A stretch of DNA of 64,000 bases from assembly GCA_028534125.1 (NCBI GenBank), contig CM052817.1, positions 52,516,001 through 52,580,000 of the forward strand, written 5' to 3'. Under the pieces are notes generated by a model, which was given only the letters and a program-made list of their open reading frames with translations, did no database searches and was not told where the DNA came from. Below, one piece after another: positions 26,816-38,000 of this stretch. Made by a program: the position numbers and the translations under genes. Positions within the stretch are counted from its first letter, which is position 1. Each line of letters starts with the position of its first letter. Origin of the DNA: Lama glama (lineage: Eukaryota).

Positions 26816-28539
26816 GAAGCCTCAGATGGTTGTTAAAATGCACTTGAAATTAAGATATCAGCAATTTAATGCAATTATTTACTTAGTACATAGAACAATG
26901 TACAACCAACTAGGTGACCACAAAAATCTCTTTTTATATGGTTGTTATGACTAACTTTCCTATTTCTTTTCAATCAAGTTAAATGAATAGTGTCCAGAAA
27001 ACAAAATCCTTTTAAAACTTTCTCTTATACTAGTTTTTGTAACTCCTTTGTGTCCTGGCTATTGGAGTTTGCCAAAATTCTGCTTGTTCTTTACCAAATC
27101 CAATTGCCAGAACTGGAAGGGAGAAAAAGCTTCTGATCCTGGGAGACCAGGAAGAGAGTAATTTATGGTAGAGTGATAGAATTGTTTTGGAAAAAAGACA
27201 TCTCACATTAAGGTTTAAGTCAGATGGCTTTTACTTGATTCCTAATTAAGATGTTGGCTCTCCAGAGAAGGAGAGAACGTCATTAAACAAAATATATACA
27301 TGTAAACACAAACAAAACTCTGCTATTTTTAATAGGTATATTTATAAACCCTGTTTTTCTTCCCCTTAAACATGAAGGCATAGTGAATATCCTACAATAG
27401 CATTTTCCTTCCTGATGTCTGAAGAGTAATATCTCACTTCTCAAGGTGTATCTATAGGTTACCTTTGAGGATAAATAAAGCTGCTGCCTCCAAACATATT
27501 TTGAAACAATATAGTAAAGATTTACTGCAGGGTTTATCATATTTTTAATATACTAATTTGAACTGACAATGTCAAAAAAAGGTAAAAATTTGACTGTTAA
27601 ATTTTACTGGGCAATGGAAGCATTTTGAAAAAGAACTATTAACATTTTGATAGTCATGAGTATGATTCTGAACAGTTTGGAAAATTCTTTTATTGGAAGT
27701 TAAATGGTTTTATAGGTTTTAGAAATACTTGTAGCTATGAATTTGTCACATATTGGAATCAATAACATTTCTATTATTGCTGATAATTGAAAGCAAGTTT
27801 TTCTGGGTCAAGTTATTTTGGTTGATTAGCAGATTAAAGCACTAATGGCATGTAGCTGCGCAAAATAAACTGTTTAGGAAAATAGCAAGAAATTCAAGTT
27901 TTTTTGTTGAAATAGTAACTCAAAAATTAAACTGTATGCTGTTGTCTGCAACAATACTCGCTCAGCAATTATTCAATATGCATAATCCAATATTAATCTA
28001 TTCATTTCAAGTTTACTTAATTTTTTCTCTATTTTCTCAAATAATTGATTTATAGCATCATTATATTTATATATAACTATGCAAATATATCCACATAGTA
28101 TCAGTTGTTTCTATCTCTCTTAATCTTCCTCTCTCTCATCTCTTACATTATGTACTTTTATCCATTAGGAGATTTTTATACATGTGAACAATTTTACAGT
28201 CATCCATAACAAAGCGCAACTACACATTTAAAATTAATGATTGGATTTGGCATAGATGATACTCTTTATCATAAATATAGATATACTTGTCCAAGAAACT
28301 ACTACATATATTTTTAAATATAAAAAAACGTATAGACATCACACTGATAGTATCAGTAACGTCCATTTAACGCAAAGTAATTCAGTGGATATAGAATATT
28401 TATGTCTTCAAGCATATAGTGTGATTATCAGAATACCTGGACACATGGAATTTAATGTATATGTATTTAAGTAATATTTAGCAAATACATTGTACTCTGA
28501 CCTAAAAAGAAACAGATATTTTTCATCTCACTTCCAAAT

Positions 28540-29160
28540 GTACAATCCTCCCTGTACCTACTACCTTTTTCTCTATTTTCTTAACTATTAGTGTAAATTT
28601 TAAATTTCTCTATAAAATCAAGGCCTCTGTTTTTGCTCTGGATTCTATATTTTTCATTCTGAGATCTCATTATTGCAGTCAGTGCTTTTGTCTGATATAT
28701 GATCAGCTCCTATTTCTCTCTACTAAATCATCCTTATTAGCATACAAATAAGATCTAAAATTTCACCTCATATATATATTTATTTAATTCAAATTGAATC
28801 CATATACTTTTACAGCTATAAATTCATTATTCATTTCCTTCTCATATCACAATTTTTCAAAAGCATATCTGTAGTAAGTTAATCTGCATCCTCACCTCCC
28901 TATATTTCCAAAACAACTTGAAGTAGGTTTTGGTCCCAATACCACACTGAGACTGTTTTTGATAGTCACCAACAACCTCCACATTACTAAGTTCTGCTGA
29001 ATTAAGCCTACACGTAATTTATTTGTACCATACTTTGTTATCCCATATCTTGTTTAAAAAAAAGTGTGCTTTTGCTGGCAGCATTTAAATATTAAGACAT
29101 CACAAATACATTTTTGTTATCTCTAAAATCTGAACAACACTTCAGATCTGTCCACTTCCT
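28540..29160 (+). mobile_element. Degraded L2 fragment(s)
   Basis: cccaataccacactgagactgtttttgatagtcaccaacaacctccacattactaagt is an L2 ORF2-like motif; also tcagatctgtccacttc. Confidence 0.55.
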
Positions 29161-29259
29161 GTTGCCCCTTCTGTTTCCTGAGAGACCTATTCAGGGTGGG
29201 TGCCTCCCACACTTCAGGTAAAGGATAAAGGCCAAGACTACCTCCAGGTGAGGGCCGTT

Positions 29260-29560
29260 GAGGGTGATCAGAACCCCCATCTTTCTATTCTCTGTACTCC
29301 CCTAGAAATAAACAAAAGGTGATGGCTTTGGTTGACAGCAGAACCAAATTTACTCTAGTACATGGTAACCATCAGACGTTTTCTGGCCCCCTCAGTGCCA
29401 TCTATACATGAAATACAAATGGTTAGGAAGGTTCCTCTGACACTGCAAATTGCATGTTCTCTCTCATGAGAAAATGAGTTTTTATCTCTCCAATACCAGA
29501 GAATATATTGGGTATTGATATTGACAAGGTCAAACTCTGCAAACCTCTATTGGTGAATTC
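29260..29560 (+). pseudogene. pro: Retroviral aspartic protease remnant
   Basis: VMALVDSRTKFTLVHGN (degenerate LVDTGA, Asp codon at 29334) and ISPIPENILGIDI at ~29485-29523. Confidence 0.8.
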
Positions 29561-29599
29561 CTCCAGGTTAGAGTAATCAAAGCAGTGCTGAAGCAAACA

Positions 29600-32502
29600 C
29601 CCACTGGGAACTGATAAGCCTGCTACCCACAGGAAGAGTGGTTATTGTCAAACAATATAAATATTGTCAAACAGCTGGGGTAGGGGGAGGCATAAGGAAA
29701 TAGGAGAAGGTACCCAAGAACTGCAGCAAGTGGGTATTGTAAACCCTGCCCATAGTGCTTTCAACAGTTTGGAATGGCCAGCAGAGAAGTCAGATGGCTC
29801 ATGGTAGATGACAGAAGACTACTGAGAACTGAATCAGGTAGTGCCGTCCAACCATGCAGCTGTGCACAACACTGCCACCAATTTAGATACTTCGGCCATG
29901 GTCCTAGAAGTGTACCATGCTACACCGAACTTAGCAAATGCTTTTCTCAATAAATCCAAGCTGACAAGTCACAGATCAATCTGCCTACACATTGGAAAGT
30001 CAACAAGGTGCCTTTCAGTGCTTCCTCAACACAGCCCCATAATATATCATGGGATGGTAACCTGAGACCTGTCCCTGTTCTCCTTCCTCACATTAGTAAA
30101 AGGGGCCTATTACATCGATGACATAATGTTAACACGTGAAGACCTGTCTCTGAAGACTTTGCTGGAACATTTGTGAGAAAGAGGATGGGCAGTGAATCCG
30201 TAGAAAATTCAAGGCCCAAGCACAGCTATAAAGTTCTGGGGAGTTGTCAAGTAAGATGTGCTCTTCCAGAAACTGTGATTGATACAGTGTAAGCCTATCC
30301 AACCCTAAAGATTGAGAATGATATAAGCCTTTGTAGGGATTTAGAGTTTCTGGAAGATTTTTATTCCCCTGGCATAGTGCTGCCATCCCTTACACTGCCT
30401 TGTAAGGGGTGGAGCTGAGGATAAGAGCAGCAAGCTGCCTTTAAGAAGTCAAAAATACTAGTGAAGCAGATTAAAGCCCCGGGCATCGCCCAAGAAGGGC
30501 TATCATTTGATTTAGATGTATCTGTGACTCTGGAAGGTATGGTGTGTGCAGAGACATCATAAGAGAGTACCTCTAGAATTTTGTTCCCAGCTCTGGAAGA
30601 GGACAGAAACCTGTATACCTCCTTAGAGCAACGGCTCCTAGCAATGTACACAGTGTTCCTCCAGGAAAAACCTCTCATAAAAGAAGAACATATTGAGGTA
30701 AGAACTTCCCTTCTTATCAAGGGGTGGTTTGGGAATATGTTCCATGGACCCACCTCTACTATGGCTAAGACTCCCACTTTGACTAAGTGGCAGGCCTGTT
30801 TGCAGCAAAGTAGCACCTTGTCCTCTGTCTATAAAACTGTACATGCTATTATGCTCTATAGAATATGTACATCTTACAAATGCCCCTGCCCCTATTCTGT
30901 GGTGACCTTGTGGCCTGTAGAGAGGGACTGGAGGAAATTCCTGCTGATGCTGGTAAACTGATGTATCTAGTCCAGCATTCCATCCACAAGACTGCAGTCA
31001 CTATTCAGCCCAACATGGACACCACCTGGATGAAAACAAGAACAAACTACAGCAGCCGGTGGGTCAACTCAGAGCGGTTAGGCTGACTCATATGCTCTGG
31101 CCATTATCTCTCCCTCTGCAGACAGTTGGGCTATTCTAAGGGGATTAATTCTATGTCTTGGACAGGGGGAAGACAAGGAGTAGATGATCATGAATAAGTC
31201 CTTCTTGGGTCAGGATATGTGGACAGACATTTGAGTTCACTTGCAAGAGCCTGAGGCTGTCCTTACTGTCTTCCACAAACTGGCTCATAGAGAGCTGAAA
31301 CCCCTTTGCAATCAGGAAGCTGATGCCTTAGCTCAGGTAACAAGCCCTGGCAACTGGCCCTACAGTAGACACAGAAGAACAGATCCATAAAAAGAGGCCA
31401 CCCTCTGGGTGGGATGACATATTGCCAAGGATGCTGAATTGTTCCTGAAATACTACTTGGTTAATGCAGTAACAGCATGTCCTCTATGTTCTAAACCATA
31501 CCCAAGGCAACTTCTGAAGGAGTCTAGGGTCATCCAACGAATTTCCCAACCAGTGAGATATTGGCAAATTGATTATATTGGCCTCTTCCCTCTGCATGAG
31601 TGTTCCAAATATGCCCTGGTTTGTATAGACATTACATCTGGCCTAACCCACTTTTCACAGTGGCCTTGCAAACCAAGGTGCAGCCGTTAGGAGATTAGGG
31701 TTGCTGAATACCATGTATGGATACCCTCATCAAATAGACAGTGATCAGGGGACACATTTCAAAGGTCATGATGTGCAAAACTGGGCAGAAGAGCATTACA
31801 TTGAATGGAGGTTCCATCTCCCCTATATACCTGCAAGCCAGCCACAGGGGTCAGTCATCCATGGAACACTAAAGTAGCAGATTACATTACTAACAGATCA
31901 AACCACCTTGGTGAGTGGACTAGAGTACTACCCCAGGCTTTAATACATTTAAATGATGAACAAATATGGCCTGTTGCCCAATATGCCAGACTGGGACCCC
32001 TGCTGAAACACCCAACACCATGAAGGTATGGAAGTCACAGGAAACAACCACTGCCCTAATGCTCACCTTGGATCAACCTGCTATGCTGCTGAGAATACCA
32101 TGTCCTATTATGCCTGGAAAGAGGTTAACTACTGGAATTTTCATGGTACATCCCATGAGGATGGGTGAGTTACTTCACACTCCTGCATGAGAGGGAACTT
32201 CTTAATCTCCACTGGGATCCCATTGTTCTGCTACAAGCCAGTCCTGTTAAAAAGTACAATAATTGGAATGGAACATTGAGAGTGGAAAGAAGGTATGGGT
32301 CCTGGTCTGGCATATCCTGCCTCCAGTCCATCTCCTCATGCCTGACACTGCTGCCTTACCTGGCCAACATGCATGGTGTGCACAACCAGGTCAAATTCCT
32401 AAAGGTGCAGCCACATTAACATCTAAGGATCAGGCCGCAAGTGTAATTCTTATAGAAGGGGAAGAACTCATACAAGTTCTTACTAAATATCTGTTTTTTT
32501 GA
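29600..32502 (+). pseudogene. pol: Retroviral pol remnant (RT-RNase H-integrase)
   Basis: RT: HSAFNSLEWPAEKSDGSW*MTEDY*ELNQVVP, LANAF, YIDD at 30111-30122. RNase H: DSWAILRGL, NQEADALAQ. IN: CPLC, WQIDYIG (~31562), IDSDQGTHFKG (~31734). Confidence 0.92.
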
Positions 32503-32519
32503 TCTTAAACTTCTTCTGC

Positions 32520-33617
32520 TCCAGCAGTGTCTGGTCAGGAGATAGGTTAGGAGATAGGCACCCGATGAAAATACCTTTTTACAGTGTATCCTCAGCAAAG
32601 AAATCAATCCATCTGCTGGGTATGTGGGCAGCTGTCCCTCTCTAGCTTGTCAGGATTGCCATGGTGGGTATTGCCCCTCCAGGCAAGGGACTGGAAGGCC
32701 CTAAAGCAGTACATTAAGGAAGAACAGCTAGAACCAGTACTCTTAAGTCATCCTATATTACCAGTACTGATCCAGAAACCTGGCCTATGGCACACACCAT
32801 CAATAACCCAGGACATGGGCATTCTTCACCTGTCAAGCAAAGTATACAGGCAGCCCAACCTGAAGGGTCCTAAAAATACCACCATTGGTAGGGGCTATAC
32901 TCAGGTTTGGGATGGTTTCCACGTGCCTTATTCTGGGTTATGGACATTTTAGTACTCATGCACCTCTATTGTGGCAACAAAACAAAATCACTCTAAACAG
33001 AACCAACCCCGTTATATCAAGAATATGAGATGAATATGACCAGAACTGTGCATTCATTCTGTCATATTAAAAGATATTTACTAGTTTGGCACTGACTGGT
33101 CATGCTGCCCATACTTACTGAGTAGCACTGAAGGGGACCCAGTGATTGTGTGGCACAAAACTTTGGCCTTGGCTTCCACCCAGGTGGTTGGGCTTCTGCA
33201 TCTTAGGTTTTCCCTGGCACAGAGGAGAATCTGTCACACGGTAACAACAATTGCCAACCTCCCTCTCCTCAAGGCCAGATGGGCATATTCTGTTTTCCTT
33301 GGTACAATCATTTGGTCACTATCTTTGTTCCCTTTATTGGCCTGGAGGATTTTATAGCACGCATAGAAGCCCTGACTATATCCACCCAGGAAGCCTTAAG
33401 TGATAGTAACAAAGTCTGTCTTTACTGAACACTAAAATTTCTCTAATGAAAAAAGCTGTCCTCCAAAATAGGATGGCCTTGGACATTATCATTGCTTTGC
33501 AAGAAGGCATCTGTGTAATTACTCAAATCAAATGTTGTGTGTTCATACCTGATGAGTCTGCTAATGTACGATCTTTATGAAACCACATGAGGACACAAGG
33601 GAACACCCTAAGTGATC
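32520..33617 (+). pseudogene. env: Gamma-type env remnant (SU and TM ectodomain)
   Basis: SU CWVC (32614-32625) within NQSICWVCGQLSLSSLSGLPWW; TM ISD LQNRMALDII (from 33461) followed by CX6CC, CVITQIKCC (33512-33538); frameshifted. Confidence 0.9.
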
Positions 33618-34117
33618 NNNNNNNNNNNNNNNNNNNNNNNNNNNNNNNNNNNNNNNNNNNNNNNNNNNNNNNNNNNNNNNNNNNNNNNNNNNNNNNNNNN
33701 NNNNNNNNNNNNNNNNNNNNNNNNNNNNNNNNNNNNNNNNNNNNNNNNNNNNNNNNNNNNNNNNNNNNNNNNNNNNNNNNNNNNNNNNNNNNNNNNNNNN
33801 NNNNNNNNNNNNNNNNNNNNNNNNNNNNNNNNNNNNNNNNNNNNNNNNNNNNNNNNNNNNNNNNNNNNNNNNNNNNNNNNNNNNNNNNNNNNNNNNNNNN
33901 NNNNNNNNNNNNNNNNNNNNNNNNNNNNNNNNNNNNNNNNNNNNNNNNNNNNNNNNNNNNNNNNNNNNNNNNNNNNNNNNNNNNNNNNNNNNNNNNNNNN
34001 NNNNNNNNNNNNNNNNNNNNNNNNNNNNNNNNNNNNNNNNNNNNNNNNNNNNNNNNNNNNNNNNNNNNNNNNNNNNNNNNNNNNNNNNNNNNNNNNNNNN
34101 NNNNNNNNNNNNNNNNN
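33618..34117. other. Assembly gap, exactly 500 N
   Basis: Counted from the sequence; a fixed-size placeholder, so the true length is unknown. Confidence 0.98.
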
Positions 34118-34500
34118 CTCCTCAGTTGGATGTGGCCGGTCCTCAGAGCTATGTGGTGGGGCGAAGCCCCTGACGGGCCCCTCAGTGGGTCTGGCTTGGC
34201 CAGGCTGCTGTAGGGGGTGGGCGTGCGGGAGCGAGAGGCCATCACCGGGATTTTCCTGCCCTGGCCGTTGAAGACCTGTCCCTATTCCTAGCTGTCCCCA
34301 TGTGGTCTCACCGCGACAGTTTCACCCAGTCTTCTGTGTGAGTTGAGACAGAAGTGGTTCTCTTTGGCAGCGCCCAAAGGGCTTAAGAAGTTGGACATCC
34401 AACTCGGTCTGTCCCTCAGGGGACAAATCAGACGTGCTCCCCGCCCCCCTTCACAGCGCTGGCTCTGGCAGCTTGGGGGAGGGGTGATGTGGACAAAACG
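34118..34500. promoter_or_regulatory. GC/CpG-rich block (CpG-island-shore-like)
   Basis: About 16 CpGs in ~385 bp by manual count, with GC-box-like gggtgggcgt and ccccgccccc; sharply unlike the rest of the window. Confidence 0.4.
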
Positions 34501-34829
34501 CAACTATTCTTGTCCCTTTACTGCAGTTCTCAGGTTTTTATTTTCTTGAGTTTGCTTTTTGCTCCATGGGTGAACTGTGAACTTTCTCTGCTGTTCCAGA
34601 ATTCTCACAAAGGTATTCTTCACGGATATTGGTGTATTGGTGTTTCTGTGAGAAGCACTAGAGCGGAGGACCTCTTATTCTACAATCTTGCTAAAGTTAA
34701 CCTCAGTTGCCATTTATTGTTATGAATGCATGTTCTATTTTTATAGCAGATTTGTAGGAGAACGGGGATTATGTGTTTCTGGCCCCAGTTCATTTTGCAT
34801 TACTTGCACGGCCCTAGTAGACCCTTATC

Positions 34830-34952
34830 TCTCAGATTTAACACTTCTGCTGTTGGGGATAGAATATTCCGTGTTGTGGGCAGTAGCGTATGCATCGTAT
34901 GGTGTTTAGCATCCACGTGATTCCAGTAGCATACCCCCTGCTGTTGTGACAA
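34830..34952. mobile_element. MER20 (hAT) fragment
   Basis: gtgttgtgggcag..tgcatcgtatggtgtttagcatc..ccagtagcatacccc..gttgtgacaa. Confidence 0.7.
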
Positions 34953-35239
34953 TTTTAAGGAAGATACTCAGAAATGTCTTCACAATATTCAAAATACTAA
35001 ATACATAAATAGGAGAGATTAGAAGGCTTTTTTTAAAGGTTGCGTTTTTATCTGTAGTTTACTATGTGTTGTCAGGGAAATGGAATACTTGAATAGCAGA
35101 ATATTAATCTAATGCCACTTGAAAGAAGTATATCTATGTAATTATATTTATATCGAGAAAGGGTCACCTTAATTTTTTAAGAAGTTCCGATATTTGTTTT
35201 TTATAAATAAAATACACACGGAATAATCACTGGGATTCT

Positions 35240-35882
35240 AAACTCCAGTATCTTCTCCATCAATAACCAAGTGATATTTTTACAGTGTAAATCACATTAT
35301 GCCACAGCACCATCAGCAAACACTTCCCTACCCTAAGCCAGCCACTTGCTTCATGTTCAGGGGTTTTCCATTCAGAATAAATCTATTCTCTCTACTCTGG
35401 CACAAAGAGCTCTCTTTGGTCTGGGACTGTCAATAAGGTCAACTAGAGATCACTTGTTCTCTAACAGCCAGTGTCACCATGGCCTTTTTCTCATCCAAAA
35501 AATATACCAAGCCCTTTCCAGTCCTAAGGCCTTTAGACAGGCTATTTACCCCTGATGGAGTGCACTTCTGTGGTTCTAAATAATCCTAGAAGCTTCATTT
35601 TCTCGATTAAGCCTCTGTGAAAACTTTGAATAAAGCCCCCTTCCCATTATTCTCTGCAACAGCTTTCAGTAACTTTCTTCTACCTGCATGCTCCATCTAG
35701 TGGTTTTTTGCACATTTGTCATTTATTTATTTTTCAGAACTTTGCCTCCTTTTCCTCCCCATGTTATGAGGGAAGAGATTATATCTGTTGCTCTCACAAT
35801 TGTATACATGAAACGTAGAGCAGTAAATAGCTGGGCACATAATCGATTTTTATAAATATTTGTCAAATGAGTAAAAGAAAGA
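35240..35882 (+). mobile_element. L2 3' region
   Basis: ccaagtgatatttttacagtgtaaatcacattatg..aggcctttagacaggctattt..gggcacataatcg..aaatatttgtcaaatgagtaa. Confidence 0.7.
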
Positions 35883-37844
35883 TAAGAACACTTAAGAGAA
35901 TGTCTCCTGTGTCATTTATCTTTATATGTTAACTAATTAGTTTACTGATTTAATTACAACCTGAGAATCTATTTTAAAATTTTTAAAGAAATGCTAAGTA
36001 TTCAGTTTGAATGGTTTTTAAAAAGTTATACAATAGCTACATAAGGAGAAATGTTTATCTTCTTGCAAATTAGTAGAGAGAGGTACTACAATAATCAATT
36101 AAAATGGGGCTATTAGAAAGTAAGTTTAAAAACTTGGTATGGTAACTTTGAGCAGCTTTGAAGGAACAATGAAAACACTTTAGCTTTTGATTAAAATAGG
36201 TGGGAAATGTAAAAAACTGAATGAAATTTAGGTTTGCTTATCTCTACAAATGGAAATGAGAATTTCCATAAATATAAAACTAAGTAAAATACAAATACTT
36301 TTTTTTGGAGTAGAAATGCATTTCTGTTGACATCTTTATGCTTTTAACATTTCTTTTAGGGGCATTTACATTCCTTTTTTTCTGAGCAAATATTGAATAC
36401 CATTGGAATAAAACAAACAAATATTCACAGAGAACCTGAATAAAATTAGTTATCTTTTGACATGTTCCTTAATTCAAATAAATCATTCCTTGCATTCTAG
36501 TATAATTGGGAGTAGACTCTATATTTACTATACTTCATAGCATAACTGAGGTACCATCCCTTAATATGTGATGTTTGCATGGGTTTACCTCATTATAGCA
36601 CCATAATTCTGACTTTTTATGAAAAGAAAAACACTGAAAATCCAGAAATTTTGATGTATATAATTAGCTGGAAGTTCTTTTAGTTTTGTTTTTAAACTGG
36701 ATATCAAAAAGGCGAAGAGCCAAAAAGTGACTATGCCCAATAAAACCAATGGCATAAATTGTTTTTTACATTTAACTCTAATATACCCTCAAACTACAGA
36801 GAAATTAAAATACATTAAATTATGATTCTGATATTAAACCCTCACCTCCTCACTACAGGACTGGGGAGAAGTTTTTGTTAGTTTGGTTAATAATTGTATT
36901 TATTTTAGTTACATGTCTTCTTTCTAGTTTTTACTTATTGTTTTAATTTTTCTGCCTTATTTCTTTCATGTGTTTCAGAACTCTTCTTTTTAGTCTTTAC
37001 TTGCTCCGTATTTTCAAGTTTAATATATCTAAGGTATTTGTATATAAATTGCACTAAATGTATTCCTAACCATCCTTCTTGATCTTGTACCCTAAGGTAG
37101 CTAATGCATTCACTGGCAATAGTCTTATCAATCCATTAAGCTAGTCATTGTGTGCCTAATCCTCTGTTTTAGCTCAATTTTTTTTTCACTGCCCTGTATC
37201 TGATTCAATAGGGACTATTTGTCTAACTCCTTGTACATGTAGTATGGATACTAGTTGATTTATAAGAACTATTTAAAATAATTTAATTATCAATGGATTC
37301 TGTGTTCAGGCATTATTGGCCCTACTTTGGATAATATATTCTAGGTTGAAAATGAGAGAGTTCTAACTTAAAACAACTAAAAAATAATAATAAAAGACTT
37401 TACAGAGGTATTTAGGTATGGCTGAATCCAAATATTCAAGAGTCTTCTAATCCCAATCCATCTCTTCATCTCTGAGACAGATTCTTGCTAATTGCTGGAC
37501 ATGATGGCCACTGGTAACTTTACACTCGCATCCTACCATTGTCTTTAATTTGACCCCTGATGTTTTTTGATACCACTAAAATGATCAATTTATTATTTCA
37601 TTCGCATTGTTTTTTGTACAATATCTCAGGCACAGCTTGTATCTTTTCTACTAGACCTGGAATCAGTTGTTTCTCCAAGGAATGCTAGAGATTCCTTTGG
37701 ATTTGTGCACTTTAAATATATCATTTTGACTTATACAATTTTATACCATTTATTCCTTTAATGATACACATTTAGTGATACACCACTCCTGCCTTTTGAA
37801 ATTTTTATTTTCACCTCTATGTCTAATTTATAAATAGCTTCTAT

Positions 37845-38000
37845 TCAAGTAGTTCATTTATCCATCCATTAATTTGATATTTATCAAGTGCTAACCATAT
37901 GCTAACTAGGGTTTTAGGTACTGGGAATGTGATTGTGAACAACACAGTAAAATGTTTGCTTTTACGGAGCTGCCTTTCTGGAGAAGTGTTGATTTGACTT
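37845..38000 (-). mobile_element. L2 3' end
   Basis: ttcatttatccatccattaatttgatatttatcaagtgctaaccatatgc..ggtactgggaat..gtgaacaacacag. Confidence 0.7.

Larger units (their letters stand above)
29160..33617 (+). mobile_element. Endogenous retrovirus internal region: class III (ERV-L/ERV-S-like) pro-pol plus gamma-type env; no 5' LTR or gag visible; 3' end lost in the gap
   Basis: Ordered PR, RT, RNase H, IN, SU and TM motifs (see sub-features), with many stops and frameshifts. Confidence 0.92.

Noticed and set aside
30361..30816. 151-aa minus-strand ORF
   Set aside because: Antisense shadow of the ERV pol with no independent motif.
32520..33617. env as a domesticated syncytin-like gene
   Set aside because: Multiple frameshifts and stops; the longest piece is 122 aa.
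33523..34271. Three long ORFs (208-240 aa) in the ORF track
   Set aside because: They are artefacts of translating through the 500-N gap.
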